Shown: positions 51,825 to 64,000 of the stretch, one piece after another
Layout of the letters: each line of letters begins with the position of its first letter
Numbering within the stretch: position 1 is the stretch's first letter
Origin: Zootoca vivipara
Taxonomy: Eukaryota
Direction: 5' to 3'
Assembly: GCF_963506605.1 (NCBI RefSeq)
Contig: NC_083285.1
Coordinates: 40,176,001-40,240,000, forward strand
Length of the DNA stretch: 64,000 nucleotides
The notes under the pieces: generated by a model
Seen by the model: the letters and a program-made list of their open reading frames with translations, nothing else
What the model was told of the DNA's origin: nothing
Databases searched by the model: none
Translations under genes and position numbers: made by a program

Positions 51825-52861
51825 TTAATGCAGAGACTACAGTCTAGCATGCAGGAGCTGGAACTTGTTCAAGAATAAAGGATGCTTTCAGGTAAGTTAA
51901 AACAGCGACAGGCTGCCACACATTCATAAGGTTTTATATATATGAGGCAGGAAGGGAGAAAGCAAGGGCAAAAGGTGTTGACATCACATTTGGAAATGGG
52001 AACTGGGAAAAATAAAGGAAAAAGAAAGTAGGAGGAAGGTGGCACATTGTGCAATAAGAGAGGTGAAAAAGAGTGGCAGGCTAGCTAAGAATTATTTCAC
52101 ATCATATTTAAACATTCAGAATGGAAGGTCAGATCAGTGAAAGGAAGAAATAATTACTGGGAAGGACCATCTTTGTTTTCCATTTCCCTGGAAAACAACA
52201 GCCCTCGCCACAAGTGTGGCGACCAATTGGTTGGGGATGGGTTTCAGTATTTGTGTACACACATATGTACACATACCTGCAAAATACTTTGGGTGTTGGG
52301 ATCAGAGACGATGTACATTTAGGAACAACATAGGAGGCTGCTTTATGCTGAATTAGACCAGTGATCCATCTAGCTCAGCACTGTCTACACTGACTGGCAG
52401 CAGCTCTCCAGGGTTTCAGGCAGGAATGTCTCCCAGTGCTACCTGCAGATGTCAAGGGTTGACCCTGTGACTGAGCTGTTGCCCACAGATTTAGAGACTT
52501 GGAGAAAGGTGGCAAAAATCCTTTAAACTTTACAGGTGTATATACTGGTGTTTCCCTTTGTGTTATTGCATGTCATACCTCGCATCACCTCCTCCATCTA
52601 ACTTCCAAACGCATGCTGAGAAATACTCTGGCAGTAAATGGACCACAAGCAGCAGAAAACAACATTATTTCTATTGCTCTTTGTTTCCTGCTTGTTCCAG
52701 AAAATATTTTTTCTTACTGTACATTTGCATATATATATATATAAATATATATATACCATGTAAATATAACTTCACAAATTTGCTTGATGATAATGTTTCC
52801 CAATAGCAAAATTCAAATTGCTACACAGATTTGTAAAGCATGACTCAATTTCTGCCCCAAG

Positions 52862-53111
52862 AACAAGTAGAAGAGTTTGATTTGATATCCCGCTTCATCA
52901 CTACCCGAAGGAGTCTCAAAGCGGCTAACAATCTCCTTCCCCCTCCTCCCCCACAACAGACACCCTGTGAGGTAGGTGGGGCTGAGAGACTTCAGAGAAG
53001 TGTGACTAGCCCAAGGTCACCCAGCAGTTGCATGTGGAGGAGCGGAGACACGAACCTGGTTCCCCAGATTACAAGTCTACCGCTCTTAACCACTACACCA
53101 CACTGGCTCTC
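52862..53111 (-). mobile_element. Squam3-like tRNA/CORE SINE about 78 bp into intron 6
   Basis: Minus head gagagccagtgtggtgtagtggttaagagc...ggttcg; gggtgaccttgggctagtcac core; CTT-type tail. Confidence 0.85.
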
Positions 53112-53188
53112 CTGGCCATAGGGGGGAAATAATTCATTCAGTCTGTTGGTGAGCCTGTAAGTAAAAGCAGGTACCTTTCATGGCTTAC

Positions 53189-53360
53189 CTCGCCTATCAT
53201 TCCATTCCATGTTCCATTGATCTTCTTCCCATGTTTACCATTGGTTACCAAGTAAAGGTCATAGGTGAACTTGACAAACTTGGATATTTTCTTGAGAATA
53301 TCAATACAAAACCCTTTGCAACATTTCTTGGTGTACGCAGTCTCCTCATCCGTCTTGTTG
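53189..53360 (-). CDS. GRIN2B: GluN2B exon 6 equivalent (S1), 172 nt
   Basis: gtttag|CAAC ... GGCGAG|gtaagc; [57 protein letters not shown]. Confidence 0.98.
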
Positions 53361-53947
53361 CTAAACAGCCACAACAAAAAATGATTAAGTGTAACTGATA
53401 AATGATATTTTAAAACTAAAAACAAAAACATGTGACCCATTTTCCCCCTCATGCTGCACTCAGAAAGTGGATTTAATCTTGAGAAATTCCATATGATCCT
53501 TGAAAAACACAGAATTACCATGTTTAGTTCAGAATTCAAACTTTGTGTGGCATTCTCAGCAGAAACTGAATGTTATAAGCAGAAATTTTGAAAATATATT
53601 CTTGTCATTTTCCTTTTTTCATCTTCTTCCTTTTCTTAGACAAAGGTGCTAATTTCCAACAAAAATGTGATTTGGACAATTTTGATCTGTGCTAGAATTC
53701 AGAATTGTTGAAAATTGCCTACTGTTATCCCCTACTTCTTTCCTTAGCTACTCCCTCTTTCATTCTCCGTTACATCCCTAGCTGAAAACTCTGCTCAATG
53801 TTTTGCTGAATGAGGCAAGCTGATTGGAACGTTGAGTTAATGGCAAGTGGCAACAAAGCCAGCCTGAGACACTCCAGCTGGCTTTGCTGCTGTGGAGAGA
53901 AACATGCTAGGAGGAACCAGGTGGAGAAAGATCCTGTTGGCACTTAC

Positions 53948-54156
53948 TCTGTCACATTTCTTTTTTGGCACGGGACAGTGTTTCTCATACAAGTACCACT
54001 TAGGGGGTCCACATTTTCCACAATGACAAACGGTGCTTCTTCTAGGGTCACTATGCTAAGATGGTCATCCGCACGCTCCTCACTGTCAGGGTAAAGCTCA
54101 GAACGTGGCCACACATAATACTTCATCTTGAGACGCTTGTCCTTCCACCATCCCAC
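53948..54156 (-). CDS. GRIN2B: GluN2B exon 5 equivalent (end of ATD, linker, start of S1), 209 nt
   Basis: ttgcttcag|GTGGGA ... ACAGA|gtaagt; translates [69 protein letters not shown]. Confidence 0.97.
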
Positions 54157-54569
54157 CTGAAGCAATGGAAAAACAGAAAGAGATCATTGCTAAAAACCAT
54201 CGCCCCAAATTACAGTCCACATGGTCAGCTGAACTTTGTAGAAATACATGAAAACTGAATGTCTGGATTAATTAATTTTAAAACTACTCACTAATCCCTG
54301 ATCCAAAAATGAAGCCGGTCTTAATGAAGCAGCAGCAGCATCCCATTAAAACCCACTGAAGCAAAAAGCCCTGTTTCCCAAAAGACAAGCAACGATGGGG
54401 CCAAACACACATGCATAACCCTCAGGAAGGTGTCACACAAGAAGAGCTCTGTCTCTTATGCCCAAGTCCAACAACAAGAAGGCTTGGAGCAGCGCTCAGA
54501 AGTAGATCTCAGTGCTTTGATCAGGTTCATATGGGAGTAGGTGATTATTGAGATTCCCTGGTCTTAGAC

Positions 54570-54706
54570 CAGGCATCCCCAAACTGCGGCCCTCCAGATG
54601 TTTTGGCCTACAACTCCCATGATCCCTAGCTAACAGGACCAGTGGTTGGGGAAGATGGGAATTGTAGTCCAAAACATCTGGAGGGCCGAAGTTTGGGGGT
54701 GCCTTG
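54570..54706. mobile_element. Young hAT (Charlie-like) MITE nested in an old minus-strand L2 fragment (about 54480-54910)
   Basis: Near-identical to 26530-26664; TSD tcttagac; flanks rejoin as L2-like ...agaccattcagggcctgaaacgtcaaagtcagcaccttgaat. Confidence 0.93.
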
Positions 54707-57080
54707 TCTTAGACCATTCAGGGCCTGAAACGTCAAAGTCAGCACCTTGAATTTAGAAACAAACTGGTAACCAGTGGAACATCAGAATAATATGATCTAA
54801 CTTGCAAACTCCATTTAGAACTCTGGGAGCTGCTTTCTCAACCATCTTCAAAGGTAGTGTGCATTACAATAATCTAACCTGAGAGCAACTAGCACACATG
54901 GATAAATGGCCATGCCCAGTTTCTCCAGAAATGGGAACAGCTGCAGATTAGCTTGAAGCTTTTAAGAGGATTCCTGGTCATGGTTCATGGTGGGACTGCG
55001 CCCTGGACATCCAGGAGCAAAGCTGAATGCTGATGTAACCCCTGCGTCTATGTGAAGTACTTGAATGGGATGTTACCACAGCTAACACCACATTGCAAAG
55101 AAAAAGGTTTTCCAGTTCCCTGGCTGAAATATTATTATTATACCTATTATACCTTTAATAAACACCCATTTAAGATTTTGCTACAAAAATGTAGGGAAAT
55201 AAAATAAAGAAGAATATATTGTTCAGTTTTCTGCAACATATGACAATATTTTAACAGGAAGCTTAAATAAGCTTATTTTTGTGCTACTATGTATGACATT
55301 ATGAACCTTCATCTTCCATTAATACCCAAAGTAAGTTCCTGGGAACTTGGCATTACTGTGTTTTCTAATTTGAGTACTAGACATAGAAAAAATATTTCTT
55401 TGAAATTGGTACTGATCCATTCACAAGGTGACATATTTAGGACTAATGCTCCTTGAGGTGCAATATTCCCCACAGCAAGTCCAGAATACCTATCAATGAT
55501 GCTTTCAGACATGAAAAGTCCTGCCTTTGTGCCCATTATTTCCATCACCATTGACACTAATTACTGCCTTGGTTAGCAGATATGAGACAAGAGGGCACAG
55601 GCTGAACAAACTCCCCTATATTTTGTGGCTGTGACTCCCTCAACTTCCTCCCACTGGGTTTTGGTCAAGGCAAGGTGAATACGGGAGCAGTGTGGGTGGA
55701 AGAATAAAGTGAACTTTGGTTGCTCACTCTTTACCTGCTTTGTGGGCTTTAATTCCTCATGCCTGTCAGTTCACCCTCTTCTACTATTGCATCTGATGTT
55801 TTAGTATCACTGAACAAAGGCACTTATTAGAGCCTCTTTGGATGTCAAAGGTTATGTCAGTATAATCAAGGATTTTTTGGTATTCTGAATTTAACAGCAC
55901 CCAGATCATTAAATATTTATTGCTCCTTTAAAAAATAAAAATATCAAATTAAGGTTTTAAAAAGAGAGAGAGAATCCAATGTGGGCTTAGTAAACAAGTT
56001 ATTTCAAGAAAGGAATAAAAGTCATTCACAGGCATAGTTGACCTGCTCACTCAGGATCCCAAAAGGTTGACAGAGGACTTGAACAGTCCAAGGACTTAGG
56101 TCAAATCCATAGGTATTACAAGAACTATGGTAGGTGGGTCTGACATTTTCCTGAGTAGGCACTAAAATACATGGTAGTTTTATGAATTTTGGGTTTGTTT
56201 AGAAGCCTAGAAACTCATCTTGGCATATGTGTGCAGTGTGGAATGTGCTGTACAATGTATGGAGTTGATACTAAGTAAAACACTGCTAAAACTTTAAGTT
56301 GCTGGTGGAAAGTTTAACCACTTTGATGGACTTCCATGTGCACAAACCTCCATTACAGAATCCCACATGGGTGTCAGGTGCATCTAAACATTTAACCACA
56401 GGGGCAACAGGAAGCCCCTATTGGTCTCTTTCATAACAGCACCCAGTTTTAGGTGGTGGGGCTGGTAAGACTCCCTTAGCCCTGACCAATAGTTGGGTCA
56501 TGTAGATGTTCTACAAAACCACATGGGATATGTTCAAGAATAAGCAAACATATAGTGGAAAACTGCAACTGTTAAATGGTTCACATGACAGGGGATGCTC
56601 CAATCTGCAGTACAAAGGGCGCTCAGAGTCTGTGCTAGCGGCTTTAGGCAAATATGGCAGTGTGTGCAAGCTGACACACTACAAACGAGGAACTTTGTGT
56701 GGCTACAATCCCTTCAAAACATCAGGCAAGTACCTCCAGTTGGCTGAGTGAACATTTAAAGAGCATTTCTGTGTCTTAATGAGGTCTCAGAGTTTAGATG
56801 ATTAAGGCAACATCCAGTCACCTGTCGACAGCAAGCTATCAACTGAAGGAACCCGGAAATAAGTACAGTATTTTTAAGCAAAGAGGTTCTGACTGCATGG
56901 TTACAATCCTATGTATGCTTACTTGGAAATAAGTGTCTGGAACTGAGAAGGGCTCACTACTGAGGATCTTGGTGTGAGAGACATTCCTTTCCTTTCTTTT
57001 TAGTGTATATAAGACATCACATTATTTTAGATGAGAAAAGCATAGCAAGGACACAACTGCAGCAAACACAGCATTCTACA

Positions 57081-57237
57081 CAGGGCCGGCCCTAAGGCAA
57101 GGCTGGGTGGCGCAATGCGCCAGGGGACGCCGCGCTGCTGCGCCCGCCAGACAGCCAGGATGGGAAATGGGGGGGGAGCACCGGAGGGATCTTCGCACCA
57201 TGGCGCCACGGCACCAGATATGCTTAAGACGGCCCTG
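57081..57237. mobile_element. CpG-rich hAT MITE, 157 bp (same family as 35936)
   Basis: TIR cagggccg / cggccctg; perfect TSD attctaca. Confidence 0.92.
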
Positions 57238-59291
57238 ATTCTACAACCTGACAGTTTGCATGCCTATTAGAGGAGTAATGAAATATGAAAAAATCATTCC
57301 ATTCCAATTAGCCTCATATCAATTGCCCAGAGGAGAGGGAAAGGGAAAGTTGTATGTGTGTGTTGGACCAGGTAAATGCCACTCACAAGTTAAATGTAGG
57401 CTACAGATAATCATGTTAGAAACTCCTTCCTCAGAGAACTGGATCGGAAGAGAGGATCCCCTTTCGTATTTGAGATGAATAATGCATTTGCATGGGTATG
57501 AGCATGCATGACTGACTCTTATAAAAACAGGGGAAAGATCTGAGGAGGGCGGTACTGTGGAAGGGGGGAAATATCAAAAGTAGCATTTAATATTATATGC
57601 AATTCGGAGGGTGCAATGTATTACAAAGATGGCACTATTACTAACAGAATTAAAAGTCATATTTTTCAAGGCAAAGTAATTAAAAGCTAAGGCTTCCAAT
57701 TAAAATAACCATGATGATTCTGAAAGGTTGTACAAACAAAAGGAAAACATTCTGGAATCCCTGCAGATTTTGAGCTAGCAGTACAGCCATGTTACAGCCA
57801 TGGCTTTCACACTGCACCAGCTCACCTTCTAAGTGGTAACTCCCAGTGCAGTTCTTGGAAGTCACCCTTGTAAACCCGTAAACCTCCTGTTTAGTGAAAT
57901 ACAGCTGGAAATGTCCCCTGTCTGAAACCCTCGAGAGCCCCTTCATTTCGGTGTACAGATAATAATGAACTACATGGACCAACGTTCTGACTTGGCGTAA
58001 TACAGCATAGGATCCCCATGGATCTAGAACTTTGGGGGCTTTGCAAAGAAAGCGGGTTGCCACAACATTTTTAAATATGATTGACTCATTTCATGCACTT
58101 GCACACATTGAATTGGTCTTCTAATTGTTCAGTCTGTTTAAATCAATCGTTATCACCCACTGGAAATCTCTAGATGAGCTGACTGAACTGGAACGTACAA
58201 CGGCAACTGGCCATGTGCTAAATCACTCACCAGACTGGTTCAGTTTGCAAAAAATCCATTTGTGTTTATCTTAATATGTGCAAAAGGAATAACAAGAAGC
58301 ACCCCAAGTAACTTTATTCATTGCCTGACTCATCCTGAGTACCCTGTTCAGTCAGTCAAGCTATGTTTTATGCAACCCAGTGGATGCTCTGTTTTTAGTT
58401 GGAAGCCCCTGTTGGCAGCATCTCTGATATTCTTTATGTCTCCACTATTAGAGCCACACATCATCAAAGAGGTCAGCATGCAGCAGTTGGAGAAGGAGTA
58501 TGTAGAAAATCTGTTTACAAACACTTAGGATAATTAATTAACCATGTTGGTCAAAGGAGATTAATATTGGTGGTAGCTTTGCGTGCAGAATTAATTAAAA
58601 TGAAAAGTGCTCCTTCACAAGCTTCAAGTTCACCTTTCAGCAGCACCTGGCAAAATCTCTTTTTCACTACACCTGCAAAACAGGTGATGGTTATTAATGG
58701 GCTTTAAATTTTGCAGAACTGGACAGCTACAGAGCTAAAGAGATCGCTGCTTCTTCACATTCGCATAGCACCTAATGAAGTGGATGTGCAGGAAATAAAT
58801 GTCCTTAAGAGGAAATGTCATTATTTAGTTCTCATCTCTCACTTCTTTAAATAAAATAATCACTTCCTAGAAATGCATTCTCCATATCACCCCCGATTGA
58901 CATTTATGCAATTCTTGCCAATTTGTTTAAAAGACATTAATTATGGGTTTCCTTATTTATTGCTCCATTTGCATGCTTTCTGCAGCTGCTAAAATCATGC
59001 CCTCTGACCTAATTAGCCTGAGGAGTTTAACAAGGTAAACTTTAAAAGCTTCTATGTTTAGCACAATGGATCAAATATAGTGGCACAAAAGTGATAAGGA
59101 CTACAGGAGTCATATGTGGTGCAGCCTTAAATTATTCCTGATGTCTTTTGGTACCTTATGGCAAGCAAGCTCACAAATATTCCTGAAGACAGGCCATGTG
59201 GTTTCCTGTTCAGGATGGTAGAATCCTTACAAGTAGTGAAAACTAATAGAGTTTAATTTATAATAAAGGCTTTGTTGACAGCATTCCTATA

Positions 59292-59538
59292 CAGTCATAA
59301 CTCGGGTTGCGAACATGATCCGTGCGAGAGACACATTCGCAACCCGCAGCGTTCACAGCCTAAAGTGCTGCGTCTGCACACGCGTGTGATGTGATTCTGC
59401 ACATGCACGTGATGTCATTTTGCGCTTCTGCGCATGTGCCAAAACCCGGAAGTAACCCATTCTGGTACTTCCGGGTTCGGTGTGGTCCGCAACCCAAAAA
59501 CGTGCAACCCACAGTGTTCATAACCCGAGGTATGACTG
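59292..59538. mobile_element. Tigger/pogo-like (Tc1-mariner superfamily) MITE
   Basis: TIR cagtcataactcgggttgcgaaca / tgttcataacccgaggtatgactg, TA flanks. Confidence 0.9.
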
Positions 59539-59617
59539 TACTGTGCTATATGCCTTCATGTAGATGTTCAGTTTACACCCTGTGTAAATTGGGGGTCTTC
59601 TGGTGATAGATTGGAAC

Positions 59618-59707
59618 CATAGCTGCCAAGTTTTCCCTTTTCTCGCAAGGAAGCCTATTCAGCATAAGGGAAAATCCCTTTTAAAAAGGGATAACTTGGC
59701 AGCTATG
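59618..59707. mobile_element. 90-bp hAT MITE with the same TIR family as 44464
   Basis: Perfect TIR catagctgccaagtt / aacttggcagctatg; perfect TSD attggaac. Confidence 0.95.
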
Positions 59708-60759
59708 ATTGGAACTCACAACTGGGCTGCATCAGTAGCCCTACCACCATATACATATACATAGTAAGTAATTTAAAAAGTTGATTTCATGTGGTATGCT
59801 TAAGCAAGGGTTGGTCTTTGATCTACAGGTTGAAGGCCTTTATGTGGAGTTTTCACCTCCTCTCATAATTCTAGAATTTGGCATCATACAATGAAATGTA
59901 TTGCAATAGTGCCATTACACTTGGAGTCCTGCATGAAGGCTCCTCATGGACATCTGGTTGGCCACCGTGGGTGCTGGACTAGATGGCCTTTGGAATGATT
60001 CCAGCAGAGCTTTTCTTATATACTTAAATAGATTCGTGGCAGGCAGAAGCAAGAGCTTCTTCGCACCACATAGAATCATTGTATGGAATTCACTGCTACA
60101 AGATGAAATAGTGTCCCCTAACTTCTAATTCCTTTAGACGAGGCTCAGGGCTTAGCCACACTTCTGTTTGACCCGACGCTTTCCTGCAGTTTAGCACTGA
60201 ATCAGAGCAAACGGCAACTGGGATTTCCTCTCTGACCTGTGCCTAGAAAGCACAAGACAGGTGTCAGAGTTGCCAAGAGTGTCAGAGCAATGTCTTCTTG
60301 GCCAGACAACAAAACTGTGCCAGACAGCCCCTTGCAGCCATGTAGGTGTGGGAATGTGACCTCACATGTGTTCAGTCAGGTTCAGACCAAGATTTAGACC
60401 ACCTGTGCTCTAGCCATTGATCCTCCTGTTTCATCGCAGGCAGGTGTCACTAGAGCACCAAGTTGACCTATGATGCTTCACAGCAACAGTGTGGGCACTC
60501 ATGTTGATGCCTTTACACAAAAGTTTCCAGGATTTCAGAGGTTGGACTAGATGACCCTCATGGTCCCTTCCAACTCTACAATTCTATGATTCTATGAATC
60601 TCACCATCCCACAATGTGACAAGAGACTTGGCAGGAGTTGCAGCCTTGCCAGCTGAGAAATCCCCCCCCCAATTCAGGAATCCATCATTTTTCATAAGTG
60701 CAGGCCATCTCAATAGCTCTCCCTATCCTACAGCATAAAGTAATTCAGCCCAAACCTCA

Positions 60760-61045
60760 AAGTATTAGGGGAGGTGTTTCTAAAAATGCATGTATCAGTG
60801 AAAAACCAAACAAAAATGCATTGTATTAGTGGAAATTACCGACAAAAATGTGTAGATTAGTCAAAAGTGCATACAAAAACGAGTGCATTCGAAAAATCTG
60901 CACAAAAATGCTCCTGGATTTTCATGAATATATTTTATTTAAAAATTTGCATATTGCTGCAGAAATGCAGAAATGCAGATAACTGAATGTAAGATTTGAG
61001 AAATGAGAAACTAAGAGAAAATGAAATTCACAACTTTGTCTATTC
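60760..61045. repeat. Interspersed repeat with degenerate internal units of about 30 bp (aaaaatgcatgtatta-like)
   Basis: Recurrent caaaaatg... units; a related copy lies near 32880-33020. Confidence 0.55.
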
Positions 61046-61935
61046 GTATCAGTGATATTTATACTATATCCTGGCTATGGAAAGCATGCCAGAAAGTATG
61101 GGGTTCATGTTTTACAACAGCAGAGAGTTTCTACTGCCGTATGAAACTATCTGATCTCCGAAAGCACGAAAATCTGCATTATACAGGTTTGTCTCTGCAC
61201 ATAGTACGTGTCCAGGCATGTAATGCCTTTCCTAATGATTTTTTTCCTTTGGATTTTCTTCTTGAGCAATATTTTTTGCTGAGCTTTCTTTCCTTTCACT
61301 CAAGTTTTTTCAAGCATGTTTTCAGCAGGAGGGGATCTTGCCAATCTACATCACGGCCTGAGAGACAGTTTAGCGCTATTACTGATTAGAAAAGTAATGA
61401 ATTTACAGGAGAACTATCTAAGATCCACTGACCACTCTGTAAGGCAAAGGCACAGGTTATTTAACCAACAAGCAACCTGGGCAGTTCTGGGATCAGTCAC
61501 TGCCTTAAAATTGCAGACCAAAGAGAATGGATGTTGAAGGCAGAATGTGGCCAAGGAAGAAAATAGCATACAGGGTTACAAAAGAAAGCAGATTGCTTTT
61601 TTAAAAGTTGTTTTTTATGAATAGAGCAAAGCCAATAGAAAGATCCACTGTGGGGGGGTTCCTGTGTGAATAAGAAATATCTCCCCTCCACCAAAAAATT
61701 ACTTGCTACAGTGCCATGTTTAGGAAGTGCATTCTTGCTTCTGTTAAGTTTTCAGACAGAAAACGCAGATTTGTTCCAAAAGCACTGCACAGACGGCCTG
61801 GGCACATGACCGTTTTTTTCAGAGTTCTGCAATAGACTGTACATAATCCAGTTTTTTAAAAAAGCATTTTTTTAAGGCTCACTTATTTATCGTATATATG
61901 AAAAGAGCATGCAGCTGGATTGTGCCTACTATTTC

Positions 61936-61990
61936 TGTGACCTTGGACAAGCTGTTTAACCTCTGCCACTCATTTTCCTCATCTGTAAAT
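61936..61990 (+). mobile_element. Ancient CORE-SINE (MIR-like) core relic
   Basis: tgtgaccttggacaagctgtttaacctctg...cattttcctcatctgtaaa matches the MIR core consensus as recalled. Confidence 0.65.
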
Positions 61991-64000
61991 TTAGCAATTC
62001 TCAGTGCATCAAAGATAATCTAATCAATGTTAATGCATCAAAACAGATGTCTCGGATGACAATATCCTAATTAACAGCTTCCTTGACTTAAGAAGGTAGC
62101 GCTGTGCGTTCCTATTAGTGGCAAGAAGTTCTCAGCATTAGTTTTTAAAAATACATTTCTAGCTTCTTGCTTTTTTTCAGATAATATATTGAAATAGTGG
62201 TGGCAGTGTGTCCTAATCGATCAGAATCAGGAAGGCAACTAGTATGCATTGAAAGTATTTTTTCTTTGATTTCAAATTTCACATCATCTAAGCCTATTTC
62301 ATGGTTCTGAGAGACTTAGCGCATGCTTTAAGCATTTTCTACCAGAAGAGTTCTGGGTCTCATGCTCACTCGAGGGAAGAGGAAAACTTGGGAATCATTT
62401 CACAAAGCTGACTTCTTTGTTTGGCACTACATGCTTGAGTGAGCAAGCTTTTTACAGTTGCAGTTAAGTGTATGCCTGTGTCACAGAACTGCTCCCTCTC
62501 ATACATTTTCTTGGAGGCTTGACTTAAATCATTCCTCTGGGTCTGCCTCAAAGATAAGTAGCTGCTACTCACTTCACCCTGGTAAGAAGCACCTGGGAAA
62601 GGCTACACTTCAAGGCAGGCCTTAGACCTCTAGTCTCTCTGGGCACAGAGTCTTTTCCACCTCTCCCACCTCTCTCTATCCCGCTCCTCTTAAATCAGGA
62701 TTGAACACGATGTTTAGGCATAGGGGCAGGGCAAGAGTGAGCTTCCAGCAGCACACCAGTCTAGATCATGCTCTTGCTGTCATGCTAACATTTTATTGAA
62801 ATGTTTCTGATTGTATACATGAAGAAACAATTCCCCCCACACCCATTTAGCTCCTCCCTCCTTCATTCATAGCATGGATACACCAAACACTTTTGATTCT
62901 TCCCCGCCTGCCCCCCATTTCCTTGTCTGATAAACAACTACGGTATTATGGTATGGTGGCGGCAGCAGCAATGGCAGGGCCTGTTTTGCCTCAAGTGGTT
63001 AAATGGAACATGCCACCCCTGCTTTCAGATTTCCTCAAGCAGAGAGTGTGAGTACTGTGTTCAGGAGGGGAGCCAGGACTTCCAGCTCGTCCTTTGCCCA
63101 GATCTCAGTAATCTATACCAGGTATAGCACCTCATCCATGATCAAATCATGGAAGATAAATGTTTGATAATGAGCCAAACTGGCAGATGATCAGTGTCTC
63201 AATATAATATCCAACATTCATGACCACATTTGCAAATATTACATATCACTTGTATAGTCCACCCTAATCACATGTCCATTTCTTGGTTGCTGATTTTAGT
63301 GATGGGAGCTATTTTACAGGATATGGAATCAAAGCACAAAATCTCTCCATGTTCTGACTAGTCCGATTTTGAAGTGCTCTTTATCCAGTCCCATTTTCTC
63401 ACCTCTAATATTCTATTCATTTTGGAGTGTGCTTTCCTCCCTTTTCTTTTAACATTTTAAATCTGGCAGCACATCTACCCTCTCATCAATCTATAATGAC
63501 CACCTTTGTCCACAAATCCTACCATGTACACTTCCCACAAATAAGGCAAACAGTTCCCCCCCAGTCCCTCCTCTTTCACATCTATTTGCTACAATAAATA
63601 ATCTGCACAGCCCATTGACTTTGTATCAGGCACTCAACAATCTAGATAAACATTTGCTATTACTCAAAATAAATAAAAAAACTCTCCCAAATGTTTTTAA
63701 GCAATACACAACAATCATGAGAGAAGAGAATGTGTACAGATAGCATGCAAAGTGCTGAACGAAGGCAACAAGGCACTAAGGCGAAAGGAAAGGCTACAGA
63801 GGGGTGCTGGCTCAAGGACATCCAACATGTCTGTGAAAGAATCAGTAAACTGATCATCTCCTGAATATTCTAGGAACTGCCATTTCCAAGTTGAAATTTC
63901 ATGCATGGTATTATCCAGAAGTGCAGTATGTCTACCAGCTGTGGCCTTATCCATTGATGCAGAGCACATACATTTTGGGGAGATGTAGCCTGCATATGTG

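Noticed and set aside
54157-64000. Further upstream GRIN2B exons
   Set aside because: No frame resembling the expected exon 4 peptide (NVT...LSF...G...HPKLV) was found; the next exon is presumably outside the window.

Overview
Vertebrate genomic DNA, almost certainly from a squamate and probably a lacertid lizard (Sauria SINE, Squam3-type SINE, BovB, young L2, L1 and many hAT/Tc1 MITEs). The minus strand carries the 3' part of GRIN2B (NMDA receptor subunit GluN2B): nine coding exons equivalent to human coding-numbered exons 5-13 (54156 down to the stop at 16248). All are bounded by canonical AG/GT sites, and the eight internal exon lengths match the mammalian gene as I recall it (209 vs 203, then 172, 154, 126, 230, 161, 188, 239 nt). 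Upstream exons lie outside the window. Positions 1-16247 are probably an unusually long 3' UTR, nearly free of young transposons. The introns are TE-dense. There are two N-runs, one inside the last coding exon. Most notable: (i) Glu-to-Ala at the ligand-binding-domain dimer-interface position equivalent to GluN2B E517 / GluA2 L483; (ii) a TSD-bounded bipartite L1 (promoter head fused to the ORF2 3' end) nested in a MITE; (iii) a three-level LTR > Sauria SINE > L2 nest; (iv) inverted L2 copies flanking the pore exons. I found no prokaryotic-type system or CRISPR array. Comparisons to human and Xenopus proteins are from memory and need an alignment to confirm.
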